Shown here one piece after another: positions 43,111 through 57,542 of a stretch of 64,000 nucleotides of DNA. How positions within the stretch are numbered: the stretch's first letter is position 1; every line of letters starts with the position of its first letter. Source of the stretch: Octopus sinensis (taxonomy: Eukaryota); the NCBI RefSeq assembly GCF_006345805.1, contig NC_043003.1, positions 44,578,001 to 44,642,000 on the forward strand, read 5' to 3'. A program made the translations under genes and the position numbers. The notes beneath the pieces were generated by a model. That model was given only the letters and a program-made list of their open reading frames with translations. It did no database searches and was not told where the DNA came from.

Positions 43111-43519
43111 TTTCTTTTTGTCTCTATCCCTCGAGCGCACAAATTATTAATTCCAGTTTGACTCATTTCAGTGATAATATATCATTATATTTGTATATGA
43201 GCTACATTTCCTATATGCACGGGACATTGCAAACGCTCGGATGTGTGTGATACTGTCCAAAAAATCTCCTTAATCCTTCTTCTTATATACTTCGTACGAA
43301 GTCACACTCGTTACTACAAGCATGAAAATTCAATTGCGTAATGGCAGTTTCAGAAAATATCCATCATCATAAGACGACGTATTTCTTCGATTACATACAC
43401 ACTTACATACATACCTCAGTTTGTATGAACATATATATGTATGCACGGTGTGTACGTACAAGCATGAATGCATACAAAGATCATCATGTGCATGCGTGTA
43501 AGTAAGTGAGTGTTTGAAG

Positions 43520-43920
43520 CTGGACTGCTGCTAGCTGAAGCTGCTGAAGGCATGAGGCTTTTCACAAATATGACACCATCGTTATGAACAGTATTCATAA
43601 ATGGAGGTTGTCTAGCCAAGTGGAAACCACCATTGAAAACAGACCATGCTGTGGAACTATCTGTATGCATCATCTGCGACTCTGAGAAATAATTCTTGAG
43701 GACAAATGAACAACAGTCCGTGAGTTTACTGGGAAACTAGACGTTTACGATGAATATTGAAGATGTGGAGATAGTAAATTTATCGGAGAATGAGTGTAAA
43801 ATTCGTCCCTTACCAGTAGAGACCAGATATGTAGGAGAGAAATGTGGAAATTTGCACTGGTTTACTACAAGTATTTCAAATAGTTACATATAACATTTTC
43901 TCTGATCAGAGATGAAGCGT
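43520..43920 (+). mobile_element. Old mariner transposase N-terminal (HTH) remnant
   Basis: KWRLSSQVETTIENRPCCG..EIILEDK*TTVREFTGKLDV parallels W..F..G..VEDxPRSGRP..ILEDRRxTVRExAxxL. Confidence 0.55.
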
Positions 43921-44157
43921 AATCGTATGTTTATGATTCGGGGACGTAGGTTTATTACATCCTCTCCACTTTCTTATTTGGCGTATAAATCAAGGGTAAA
44001 CCACTTTTACCCCTGCGCATATATAACACTCAATTGCGAGGTTGCCACGCAATAACTTGCACTTGAATTATTGGGTACACTACCCGCAGTATATTGGATA
44101 AGTACTATCCTTTTGTTGGTTTCTCAACATCTAACTCACACAGAAATATATATATAT

Positions 44158-44331
<174 letters not shown>

Positions 44332-45374
44332 GACGGAGGGGTTATTTTAATGCTATATTCAGTGTGCATGCAATTGTAAAGCGATGTGTATGTCATTCCA
44401 AAAGAACATAGCTCTAAAGCTATTACTCTTTTAAATATAGTATGCAGTGTCTGATTGAGTTTTGGAATTGCTGGCACACGGACGCACAGTGCTGAATTTG
44501 CTGAACTTCCAATATATTCGTACATTAAAAACATGTGAGTTTTACTAATTCATATTTACTTGTATTCATTGTCATATCTTCCCGAGCGTGCTTACGGTAA
44601 AAAAAAATATTCCAGCTGAGAAAAATTCAATTATTTTAGGCATATCTCTAACCATATTATCCAATGTAGAATTTCCAGGTCTAAGACTGTAAGGTGTGAT
44701 TTACGATGAGATTTCGCTGTCATTTTTCGCGAAGACGAGGTGCTTTCTTGTTGTTGTTGTTCTCCGTCTTCGTTAGTGATGACGATGTCAGAAATGTAGG
44801 TTCTATATTTGACAGAAATGTGTAGATGTAGTGTGTGTGATAATTAGCTAAAATTCTAGTTTTAAAGATGTTTGTACTTCTAGTTGTTTCTGTGTCTGTA
44901 TTTATTTGAATTTATATCAGAATGTGCAAATATACGAAAACATTCTTTGTGCAGGTATGGGCTATGAAACTGTGTACGACTGGAGGTCCTTGTACACCCT
45001 CCTAGGATTATGACGGTAATTTTATGCACAACTTATTTTTATTATATGTCTCATGTGGGTTTCTAGTATAAATATTGCTTACTTATTTTTATATTTTTTC
45101 ATATCACTTTTCTGATTATATATTTCGCCATTGCTTTCCGTTCTTTAATTCGTCTACAACTTTCACATCATAAACTTATCATAACTTTACATTTACATTG
45201 CAATCTCCCTTAAATCAGCACACAAAATCACAAACCTATATTATATACCCATGTATATACACACATTTACACACGCACTCACATAGACATTCAAACACAC
45301 TCACACACTCATACGGACGCGCACAAACGCTCACAAATACACACACATACACAAACATATATATATATATATAG

Positions 45375-45405
<31 letters not shown>

Positions 45406-45419
45406 CACCCTTAATCACA

Positions 45420-45804
45420 TTTAGTGACGGTTGAGTTTTTCCTTTCTGGTTCTAAATAGCGCCTAGCCACCTAAATCATTTCATAATTTTCACATTACCA
45501 TTTTACTGAATCAGCCATTGATTCCTATTGTAAATGCTGCATATACTAAAACGTGGAATTCAGCTCCACCACAAGCGATGCACTAGTCCACTGATAAGTA
45601 TTAATGCCGTGACCATATGATGAGCTCATTCACTGTGAGGAGACTGTCTCCGGTGTCAGTACTTAAACCTTTTACCTGCTCGCGGCTAAAGAGATTGTGA
45701 CATTTGTTTCTATCTACGATGGTGCTGCCCTGTATCCTTAGTTACTTTTAGTGACTTTTGAATTTTTTCTTTCTGGTTTTAAATTGCGTCTAGCCATCTA
45801 AATC
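45420..45804 (+). repeat. Diverged 58-bp direct repeats (period about 327 bp) enclosing a decayed HHR-like motif
   Basis: 45420-45477 vs 45747-45804 (ttagtgac..tttctggtt.taaat.gcg.ctagcca.ctaaatc); aTGATGA GCTC attcactgt GAG GAGAC T GTC at about 45616-45648. Confidence 0.55.
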
Positions 45805-45840
45805 CTTATATATATATATATATATATATATTCAGGGGGC

Positions 45841-46812
45841 ATTCAGAACACTATAAATTCTCCACTGATCAACTGTACTTCATACCTGCATGACTGAAAT
45901 ATGGCAGACACCTACTGCGGTTCATTAACTTTCCCGGCAGTCATTTTGCTTAATTTGAATAGACGATCTTTATTGACTTATAACGTTGACGGTGAATAAG
46001 TGTACACATGTATCAGCCACCCTCTCATCATATCCGAACTTCTGCAGATTTTACATGCCTTCTCTCATCAACCGCAGATTCTACTGGACTTTCTACACTT
46101 CAGCTGCACCTTTTCTGTCTATGGATTACACTGGACTCCCCTGTATATATATATATATATATACAGGTGTGTATACATTTCTGAAATTCACCGGCTTGAT
46201 TCTGTTCTTATTTCTGCCATCATTTCTTCTCTTTTCTTCTATTGGCCTTGTTTTCAACATTAAATCTGTATATGTTGATGTGTCTGTCGCTATTTTATTC
46301 AATTACATATGTACATATTTACACTTACATAACTGTATTTTTACGAAACTATATCTCCATAAACCATGGCGTACTACCTGTCTAACCTTCAGCAATATAT
46401 TTTCCTTTTAACTCACTGAATCTTTTTTTAATGACGATCCGTTTTTTTTTTTCGGTCTCCCATTATTTCACACAATCCATATCCCCATGTTCTTTTATCA
46501 GTCATTCTACTTCCATTTAATTCGGGTGTATTTATCTCTCAACATACAGCTCTCTGTTACTCACTGCCGCTTTCGTCATTTCTCCATTTAACCTTGTATG
46601 TATTTCATTTTATATTGCCCCACCCCACCTTTTTTCCTATTCAGAACACTATAAATTCTTCACTGATTAACCATACTTTGTGCCTTCATGACTGAAATAT
46701 TGCAGACACCTACTGCGGTTCATTAACTTTCCCGGCAGTCATTTTGCTTTATTTGAATACGCGATCTTTATTGACTTATAACGTTGACGGTGAATAAGTA
46801 TATGCATGTATC
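45841..46812 (+). repeat. Diverged 174-bp direct repeats (period 798 bp), pseudo-LTR-like
   Basis: 45841-46014 and 46639-46812 align at roughly 90% by eye; the interior has SHPLII..INRR, weakly like a PLE RT thumb. Confidence 0.8.
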
Positions 46813-48477
46813 GGACACATGCACAGCAAAAATATACATATGAAACTCTAAGTGTGAATCTATGCTTAAATATGTGTGAGAATATAAGCTTAGGAGTATT
46901 GTCATTAGTTGCGTACGTTTGTTCGGAAACGTACCTAAATATATGTGTGATGTTGCGTAGGGCGAAAGTAAGAGCGAATGTATTGGAGCGATTCTAATGC
47001 ACAGTTAGCCAGATTCAGAACTTACAAATGCAATATTGAAGGAAAGATGGAAGCATGAATGCAATGTACAATGCACAAATGTCGGCGTTTCTCAGATAAC
47101 AGAGTATTCGGCAAAACTGAAGAGGTATTTTCAATTCAACCAGAATTTGAAAATTCTAATTCATGTCAGTAATCTTTTGAATTGTGGTGCCATTTATGAT
47201 TCATATGCCACGATAATTAGTATTCAATATTTCAAAGTATCAGAATGGGATATTTGAAAAAAGTACAGGATAATTAAAACTTGAACTCACATTCGCTATG
47301 TTTGGTAATATCCGTTTTATGTATCAATAAGTACGTCAGTATTTTGAATAAGAAAGGAGATCTACTTAAATACTGTACCTTTGGTTTAGAAGAGCAGATG
47401 AATACAGACAGCAGCCCTCAATTCTACATAACCGCGGCAACGCAAGTCTGACACTTCAATCTAAATATATTACATAGAACATTTATGGAGTTTGGAAAGG
47501 ATTAAGAGAAACATTGACAGCACAAACAAAATAGTGGTTGTTAGCAAACAGTTGTTAAAATGTTGAGTGGATAGTTTTGGTTGACAGAAAAATGAGGTGC
47601 TCCTTATATAAATCACTTCATTAACTGTGAAGAGTAAATGAAATATGCCTAGACCACACTATCTCTTCAAATGTACTATAGTATGCACATATGCCATCGT
47701 TGAATTCGTTGCTACTCTAAATCAGCTCTCAGGTAGGCAAACTACGTATCAAAAAGAGAAAAACAGAATTTCCGCAAATAGGAAACCAAGAATTGGGTTG
47801 GTCATTGTTGAAAGTCCATCCTGCATTTCTTGCTCAATTTATCTGCTTATAATGTGGTACGTTGAACGTGTCGTATCTTGTATCTCGTATGTTGTATATT
47901 GTATACTTTAAGGTAATCGAGGCAGTGTAGCACTTGATGCACTAATCCTATATCAGCACCCGTTATTTGTTCTTTCAACACAATGACAAATAAGATTCCT
48001 TGCGGAACTATCGACCTTCAGTTCGTATTCATGCTGGCCTAACACTTTCAGCAGCATCTTATCCTGCCAAAGATGTCAAACAGAGATGATTAACAAGAAT
48101 CATAGGAGTTTATTATGTGTGTGTGTGTGCGTGCATGTGTGTGTATGTACGTATGCATGTTTATATGCATGCATGTACAAATATATGTATGCTTGCTCAA
48201 CCAAAGTAAGAAAAAAGAAACATTGAAATTTTGATCGGGGAGAGTTTTATCCCATAACATGACCCGATGTATATGATTCCAATAGTAGTTACAACTTGCG
48301 TCTTATAGTTATGCTTCAAAGCGTGCAGATATGCAGCAGAACTGAATAGTCATCTAAGTGGTCATGGAGAGAAAATCACAAGTGCGATTCACAAAGAGAA
48401 AGCAGAAGGAAACAGCAAATATCTGAAAAATGGAGCAATTAACACACACACACACAGACACACATACACACACACAC

Positions 48478-48553
<76 letters not shown>

Positions 48554-48554
48554 A

Positions 48555-50070
48555 ATCCCCCAAAAGAAGGTCAACAAATAAAAAAAAACAACGCGAGGGC
48601 GTGGTACATCTAAAGTATTAGTTAACGCCCAGGGAACTGAAAGTAATATGGTTTACCGTTTTGAGCAACGCCCACCTTCAGAAGGTATATATATATATAT
48701 TTATATATATATATATGGTGGATATGTTAATTGATGAACTGAACGCTATTAAGTTTAAAAAACAAACATCAGAGGATATAACGTGAAATGTAGCCTATAG
48801 AAAGAGGAGGGGTAAAGGAAAGAAAGAATCAGAAAGCAAATAAATGAAAAGTATTGGAAAGATATGCACATTAAATAGAACCCTAAAGTCTTGGAAAAAA
48901 TATACATCTAGTGAAAGTGAAATGTAAGAAGAAAATCAATGTTTAAATTATATATAATGATAGATATCATTTATATCAATTGAAGGTGTGTTTCTCCCAA
49001 TGTTTACATCGGTAAGCACGCTCTATAATCGTGTTTACAAGGGGACTTGCAAGAAAATTTCTGCATTACAGAGAAAACGGAATTCCTTGCCTTTATCATA
49101 AGGGAACGAAATTGAAAGAATCAAACAATCTAAATTAAATTGTTTATTATGGTCTTTTAGTTACCAAATCAATTACTAAGCCCTGTACTGTTACGTTTAT
49201 TCTTATTCCTAAATGTAGATTAATGATTAGAAGTTCTTTTAGATAAATGAGAAGAGCTACCTATATAAAAAAGACATCAGTACCTGAAGTAATTTTACAG
49301 TGGTATATAGAATTTTTAATTTTAGAGTTACTTGACATAAACTTAAATATGTTGGAACCTTGTTATTAATATTCCTAGGCGGGTTGATTGTATTAGCTAA
49401 ATTAATGTTACTATTAGTAAATTTATTCATATTTAACAGGCTAATATTATGTGAAGAGTAAATTTATTAGAGATTTTTTTGTGTTGGAAAAACCAATCGT
49501 AACAATGTGCGATTTGATAATAGAATAAAACCCAGAGTTCTTTGAAATTGCAACGGATGAGTTGATTTAATTTGTTTCCCAGAACGAATAATCAACCAAA
49601 TAGTTTTACTATTAGTTGCCTTATTTTTAATGTAACTATCTTTAAAAGACATCGATTTGATTTACATTTAGAATGAAAATAGGGGGTTAAATAAGGGTTG
49701 TAAAATTCAGTCTCATCTTTGAAAATGTCAACATTAGCAGCAAATAGCTTACACAATCTAAAAGAAATATTCTTAACTAAGTTCCTAGTGATTGCCCTAG
49801 AATGATTACTGAATTGGTTAATATACTTAAGATTGGTCGATGCTTTGTGGTATATGTGTGTGTGATTATAATTCAGAATAAAATAGATATAGTATTTTAT
49901 TAAGTAGCTAGGAAGTAAAATACATTTAGATAAAAATTAATACAAATATATATGTACCATGAGATATTTATTAATTTCCACACTTTTGTTCAATGTTAAT
50001 GTTGTATTTTCTTCATTGCGAACAATGTTTCTCATCCGATGCATTTCCGTTATTTTGAAAAGCAATATCG
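48555..50070 (-). mobile_element. Penelope-like element (Naiad-like): RT thumb, GIY-YIG and pseudo-LTR, degraded
   Basis: YHKASTNLKYINQFSNHSRAITRNLVKNISFRL (thumb); TIWL..IGFSNTK; IYHCKIT..[fs]YIGSSSHLSKRTSNH*STFRNKNKRNSTGLS..IW*LK..PYDKG..LCNAE..RCKH. The end at 48555-48685 resembles the 38151-38367 element, with a decayed HHR (CTGAAGgt GGGC gtt GCTC aAAAC). Confidence 0.85.
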
Positions 50071-50319
50071 TCCTGTCTGAACATCTTTAAATGCATATTT
50101 GATGAGTTACTAAAACTGTACACCGTTTATAAATAATTATTTTTTTTTATATGACACATTATTGCTTTGGGTATTCACCGCTGCCTGATAATCGGTTTCG
50201 TGAATATATTTGCATCTGTGCGACGCGTGTGCGTGCGCAAGCAATAGGAAACGCGCGTATTGTTTATGCATGTATGTATATATCTATCAAGAGAAAACTA
50301 GAGATATATTATCCATACA

Positions 50320-50381
50320 CACATATACGCGTTTCGTGCATACGGATCTCTGATTAAGGATCCTTGTGTCATCAGCTGTTT
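50320..50381 (-). ncRNA. Hammerhead-like motif with intact core but damaged stems
   Basis: Reverse complement aaacag CTGATGA cacaaGGATCcttaatcagaGATCCgtatgcac GAAAC GC GTA; palindromic stem III ACGCGT; base of stem II and stem I are disrupted. Confidence 0.5.
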
Positions 50382-50644
50382 ACCTCCTCCACTCAAAACT
50401 TTGTAGACACACAAGCATATATGTGTTTTACATGTTGGATGCTTACTCCATCTTTATATCCACCTCTGTTTCTAAGATCCTTTTGTTGATTCGTTTGTGC
50501 CTAAGTTCTAAAATTTGTGTTTCTGCTGCTACTTAAGTAACAGTGAGTTAAAACAAACATGTAACGTACATTTTAGTCTCTAGGTATTTCCTTAGGGACT
50601 TTGCCTATGTTAGCAACTCCCGCTACACCACTACACACACACAA

Positions 50645-50711
<67 letters not shown>

Positions 50712-50781
50712 CTCCCATATATATACAAATATATATATATATAAATGTGTGTGTGTGTATGTGTGTATTTGTGGTCAAATA

Positions 50782-50815
<34 letters not shown>

Positions 50816-50876
50816 TAGATAGATATAGGTATATATAAATATATGTACATATATCTATATCTATCTATCTATCTAC

Positions 50877-50908
<32 letters not shown>

Positions 50909-50959
50909 ATATCTATATATCTATCTATCTATCTATCTATCTATATATATATATATATA

Positions 50960-51926
50960 CTAGCAGCATAGCCCGGCGTTGCCCGGGTATTTAAGAGTCC
51001 CTAGGAGGCAACGACTTGCGGCTGCAGCAGCGAACAGCAGAAGTATGCCAAGGTTATGTTGTCTGGTCATGTTTTGTCTCGTTGACTGCTTGAAGTGGCG
51101 GTGTTGGAGGTAAAGTCTCGAATGTAATTTCTTCCTGGTAGGAATTGGTTCACCAAAACTTAGGTTAGTCTGGATGTTTCGATGTAATCGTTGGTTTGTA
51201 CGTGGGATACCTTGAAGATTAAGTCTAGATTTCCTCCTGTGGGTTGAATTATCGATAGCTGTTTGATAGTTATTTGGGGGAGTAAGAGAGTTAAAGAAGG
51301 TCGATTTGCATCCCTTAGACAGTCTGTTGTTTGTGTTTAATACACAATTCGGTTTGCTATGTGTGCTACATATGATCTAATTAACCGATTTTTTCCAGTA
51401 ATAAAGTATCACATTGGAATAAAAAGGGCCATATAACTCCTTGGAGCAGACATGATGCTCGCTGTGAATTAAAAAAAAATTTCCTGCCAATTTGTTAAAT
51501 ATATTGTCGAAAATATGTCATCTTGAATTTGAACGCGATTTACCAAGATGACCTGATTTTATCGATCTTTTCTTATGGTAAGGTGTTGCATGGAAAACTA
51601 ACATGAGAATTAAGTTTCTTAGGGTAACATTAAACTTCACCATGAGTTTGGTGAAAATCGATTGCAAGTTGCGAAAACTACAACAGAAAATGTGTTGCAT
51701 ATAAAAAATTAGATTATCAACCCCATGTCGAATTTATCAATTTATTTCAGACCTGGGGGAACGTTTCAAACTTTTCGCTGCGTTACTTTTGAATTATGAC
51801 ATAGGGCTATGTGTGTGTCAAGTTTCATCAGAATCGGTTGAAAGCCGTGGTCAAGGTGAGGGTACAACCTGACAGACACACATACAGACACACAGACAGA
51901 CAACCTGCCTTTTATATATAGAGAGA
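50960..51926 (-). mobile_element. Complete non-autonomous Helitron (967 bp), same family as 41891-42276
   Basis: A|TCTCTCTATATATAAAAGGCAG ... CCCGGGCAACGCCGGGCTATGCTGCTAG|T; the 5' ~200 bp closely match the shorter copy. Confidence 0.9.
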
Positions 51927-52402
51927 TATAGCTAACAAACGGTGAACGATACCCAAATCTTTAACTAGTGTCAAATTTAAGAAGTCGCTCCAAATAATTT
52001 CTAGAATATCATGCTAGATGGGGTACTGTCATCAAGTCGTATTATTTGTTATGACGAAGTCAAACCAAATACTGATGTTTTCAAATCATTTTATAATTAT
52101 GTTTCAGGTTTGAGTAGTATGTAATATAAATGCATCAAGGGAGTAAACCTTTCTCATTTAAAGCATTTCATTATATTTTGAAACGTCTTAACACATGAAG
52201 TTTTACTGGATTTCTATATTTCCTGTTATCTGTTACGCAAACTTCATACGTGCTTATTATATGATATTAAAATATCACTTTTTGGTCTGACATACTTATT
52301 ACAAATATGTGTATGTGTTTGTGTGTGTGTGCATGTGTGTGTTTGTGTGTGTGCCACTTGGGTGAACGTATATTTTGTCTATACATGTCTTTATGTACGT
52401 GC

Positions 52403-52615
52403 GTGAAGCTGCGAGTGTTGTTGGTTAGGGTATTCGGCTCATGATCCGAAGGTCTTCAGTTCGATTTCTGGCGTCGGGTTGAGATCTTAAGCATGAAAAT
52501 CATTTCACGTTACTGTAGACTTCTCAGGTTGCAAAAATGAGTTTTACCTGCAATTCAAAGGGCCAACATCGTCACATATTGCGTCACATTGAATCGCCCT
52601 GAGAACTACGTTAAT
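52403..52615 (+). mobile_element. 3'-truncated old copy of the 61946 SINE family
   Basis: ggttagggtattcggctcatgatc..atttcacgtt..gcaaaaatgagtt..ttcaaagggcca..gagaactacgttaa. Confidence 0.75.
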
Positions 52616-53522
52616 CCTTAATATACAGATAAAAATCGATAACTGCAATGTTTATACCTGGCGTTTACACTGACATATCACCACATGTCATTCTGGTAGG
52701 ATCGTGTTTATTAAATTCTGATTTTCTGCTCGCTAATATTGACGCTGGCTCAGGTGGAACCATCTGTTAGATATTGAATGTATACTGTCTGATGGTCTAC
52801 CTGCATGTAGAAATTGCGTGAAAATACTACTGAAAATTACAAAATATATGTAACATTATATACCTTTATACATGTATGTATGTGTGCTTCTGCAGGCTTG
52901 TACCCCTGATCTTTATCCAATCTTCATTTTGAGCCTTTACTAAATGGAAACTTAATATATTGCGAAGTTATAATGAAGCGATAAAAGTGCTGGGTTAACT
53001 GAGAATAACTGAGGTACAAATAAACATATAGCCACCTAGAAAGGGGAAAAATGATGAGGGGGTGATAAAGGAGGAAGTAAATGAATGAGTCTATACGTGT
53101 GTATGCATGAACCTAAATTGTGTAAATATGTGGGCAAAATATATTTGCTTTACGAACATTATATAGTACTCTTATGAAACGGCTAAGGAACGGCTGTATC
53201 TGCGAACATTTACGTTCGTAAAACGAGTTTGTCTTGTGTACACTGTCCAGTCAATGCACATTTAACTTCTTAGGCATGAATTCATGTGCGTATACTTAAG
53301 GTTTTCTAAATAATGGTGCTTCTATGCGTGTAGCTGTAAGTGTACATATATGAACGCATATTCTTGACCATCGTTCTGTTTCAATAGCAGCGTATATATT
53401 AATCGGGTCGGTAGTGGAATTGGCAACAAGAAATGAAATAAACATCATGTTTATCAGGTTGTAAAACAATAATAAAAATAGCTATGAAAGTAATAATAAA
53501 AACCACGACCGATATTTAGAAA

Positions 53523-53524
<2 letters not shown>

Positions 53525-53561
<37 letters not shown>

Positions 53562-53700
53562 TTAATAATAATAATAATAATAAAGAGAACAACAAAAAGA
53601 GAAAGACGATGATGACGACGTCAATGACGATGTTGATGATGATGAGGATGATGATGATGATGATGTTTATGATGAAGAAGAAGAATAACAATAAGAAGAC
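53525..53700. repeat. (AAT)n / (GAT)n trinucleotide low-complexity tract
   Basis: Direct reading. Confidence 0.9.
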
Positions 53701-54012
53701 TAATATGAATGAAATAAATTGAAGGAAAGCAAGAACAATGGAAGTAGAAAAAGTAAAGAGAGAGTAGAAGAAAGCGAGGAAGAACTCGAAAAGTAATGAA
53801 AGATGGGAAAAGAAAGAAGACGAGGAACCCCATAAACCGTTATCCAATTCAATGTAGATATCAAAAGAAATGTGTATTGTTCCATTGAAAAGTCTTCAAA
53901 TATACATACAAAAGTAGTATATGCATTGAGAAACTCATATATAAACGCTTTTTCTATATATTTATGTATATACACGCATGCGTGTTTGTATGAACGCGTC
54001 TCTGTATATGTG

Positions 54013-54059
<47 letters not shown>

Positions 54060-54102
54060 TATATATATAATATATATATATATATAATATATATATATAT
54101 AC

Positions 54103-54137
<35 letters not shown>

Positions 54138-54757
54138 CATATGCACATATAAACAAAGAAATACACACGCACAATTACGAAGTGCATCATTGCTCAGTGG
54201 AGCGATGCGATAGCGAAAAATATACAAAATATTCTTAAAAATAAGTAAAATACAATTACTGATGGGAGGCATACAGGATGTATTCAAGCGCAATATGTAT
54301 AATTTTTGTAATGAAAAGAAAAAAGAAAATAAATACAAGAAATTTATTAGGCCCTTCAAATAGATATTCTGAAATTAAGTGCTTTTTGCAATAGATTTCC
54401 TATGCGATATAATGCTATTCTTTGTAGCGCAGATTAAATTTCCACCTATCAGTCTTTAGTATGCAGAAGCCTGAAAATTTAAACTTATAAAACCTACGAT
54501 GCTTTATTGATGCCATATACTATTGGTATAAACGTTTTGTCTGAGATTACTTTCGCTCTGTAAATTTACATTGTGCCATGTCTACCATGGCCTCAACAGT
54601 GGCTTGATTAACTATATTAGCATGTAGCTACTCTAAAGGAATTGTCCGTTTTACTTCTTGTGGGATAAAAAGGCACTGATTGTATTCTGGGCTGATATTG
54701 TCTACGGATTTCTTATTCTTTTTAGATAATAGTTCGAGTGAGATTTTTTACTAAAAT

Positions 54758-54791
<34 letters not shown>

Positions 54792-55036
54792 ACAAATTAC
54801 TAAATAAAACATATGCATATATACATAAATGTACGTACCTGCGTCTACATGTATATATACATGCATACAGGACACAAAAAAACGTCGAACACAGTGATAA
54901 AAGAAAACATAAACACAAAACCAAGGAAATGGATATTTTTCTTAAACAACGAAAAAATAGATTACAGGACATACAACACAACGAAAAATCCCCCTTTTTC
55001 AGTCGCCTCTGTTTCATCTACTCCGCGTTTGGAAGG

Positions 55037-55104
<68 letters not shown>

Positions 55105-55378
55105 GAAAAGAATAGTATTGAATTAACCATTTCAATCCAATCTATAATCTGCATTTTACTTGAAGTGACGCCCATTCATTATGTTAGTTTGTAGTCGATG
55201 TATGTAGATATTTTACAGGTACTATCTTAATAACAAAATTCCGTTGGAATTAAAGAGGACTCACACACACACGCACGCACGCGCATGAAACACTCACTAC
55301 ATAAATATGCATATATATATATATATATGCATATATATGTTGACACACACACACTCGCATACAGGGGGACACACACAA

Positions 55379-55413
<35 letters not shown>

Positions 55414-55549
55414 AGAGGAGATATCTTCCTGAGGCTACAAACTACAGTAGCATACACCCTTAGGGGTTAGCCATATTCAAATGGCAAATATGCGTCACTA
55501 TATATATATACATATAGATATACATATATATATATATATATACATACAT

Positions 55550-55630
<81 letters not shown>

Positions 55631-56583
55631 TTATATATATAATATATATATATATATGTGTGTGTGTGTGGGTGTGTGTATGTGTGTGTAATGTATGATG
55701 AACTTATGGAATTAAGTTTTATAAATCCCATGAATTGTGTTAAGAATGGCGGAAACAAGTTGTTCAAATTTATAAGAAGTTCAATTCTTGCAGATGATCG
55801 TTTCGTACAGAGATATGAAGGTAATTATAAATTCATACTTGAATTGAATTAAATAAATAGCAAAGTACTATTCAGAGCAGGAAGGAAAGAAACCTTAATA
55901 CAAGGAACTTTAAAAGGAATAGAGCAGAGAACATCGGCTCTAGGGCAGTCATATCGTTATCCGTGTGAGAAAGAAATGGAAGTCATGTTGAATGTTGAAC
56001 TATAACTAACGGCTTCAACGGTTATTTGAAGATATAAGTAAAGAGGTATCGCACACGTAAAAAAAGAGAAGCAATTGTTAATAGTACAATTAAAGTAGTG
56101 TGTACTTTCAGTGTTAATAAAGATAAAAATGTGAATTTAAAAATAATATAATAAGTTAAGTAGTCCAGAGTAAATGTAGGGGAGATAAATGGCGGAGAAG
56201 GCGATGAATAAGAAAATAAAATTTTTGATAGGGATATGTGTGTTATATACAAGGTGTATTTTAGTATATATAAAAATGGATATCGAATGGTAGTATGGTC
56301 GAAATGTTATTCGAGTTGTAGGAGTGCGGTGTCAGCATAAATATAAGAAAAAACTACGAGTAGAAGCGTACAAAAAGTATACAAAAATGTATGCATAATA
56401 TACCAGAGGGATAATCTAATAAGGAGAAGAATATGTGTATGTTTAATGATACATGTGTAAAGGCATATATAGACATGAGTATAAAGATGCAGAAATGACT
56501 AATACTATATATGTATACATATAAAAACACACATACATTAAACTCTCTCTCTCTCTCTTTCTGTCTCTGTCTCTCTCTGTCTG

Positions 56584-56678
<95 letters not shown>

Positions 56679-57173
56679 GCAGATATACACTTCCATATTA
56701 TATACAAATCTCAACTTACGTATATACATAAAAAAAATACATATACATATATAAATTTAAACACATAAGTGCATACAAGACCAACATATAGATACATATA
56801 CATGGCTGAAGACATGTAGATCACTTTAAAGTCGTACGTGTGCATATGTGTACATATTCCAGCAGCAAAATATACGTAATTATAAGGTATAGTAGCTAAT
56901 AACATACACAAGTAATAGTTAGAATATGTACGTTTAGAGGGGGGAAAGGTACAAGAATGGAAGTACATGGTCATAGTATACAAAAAATATATATAGGTAT
57001 ATTACATACTACGGAAAGATATAAGTTCCTATATCCAAACGTGTGGAGCGAAGGCATATAGGGAGACATACATAAAATATTGTGGGTCATGCATTTTTCA
57101 GGAGGAAAGCTACAGAAAAAATGTACAAAGACAGTATAAGATATAGCAATATCAAGGGAATGTAAAGGGCACT

Positions 57174-57452
57174 TTATAGATATAAAAGAAGATATTGGTT
57201 CTTTTGACATGACAAAGTTTGCTTTAAACAGTCCTGTACTAAACTATTTTCGATTATTTCTAAAAAAGGATTTATGGATAAAAATTCTCGATTGTTTCTA
57301 AAAGATGATTTATGTATACAAATTCTCGAGTATAGGGTGCAACCTACGTATATGTAGCTATGGGAGTCCTGAGTTATAATATTTACTTGGTATACAACTT
57401 TCATTTCACAATTTCTATCTACTTCACAGGCATTAGGGTCTCGACATTTATA
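57174..57452 (-). mobile_element. Penelope-like (Naiad-like) GIY-YIG endonuclease fragment
   Basis: YKCRDPNACEVDRNCEMKVVYQVNIITQDSHSYIYVGCTLYSRICIHKSSFRN: CxCR zinc motif, VVY..YVG and R...HKSSF; 5' end abuts (TA)n. Confidence 0.8.
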
Positions 57453-57542
57453 ATTTGAATATATATATATATATATATATAATATATATGAAAAAACAAG
57501 TCAAAAATACCAAATGCTAAGATAATTTTATAGTGAATCTTT

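Noticed and set aside
44955-45015. Possible 61-nt exon (tctttgtgcag|GTATGG...GACG|gtaatt)
   Set aside because: All three frames contain a stop, no recognisable protein results, and no partner exons were found. It needs RNA-seq.
54860-55040. (TA)n-flanked segment with partial HHR-like boxes (caaacgcgg, ctgaaaaagggg)
   Set aside because: Both halves are incomplete and in the wrong order for a single ribozyme; likely a pseudo-LTR scrap but unprovable by eye.
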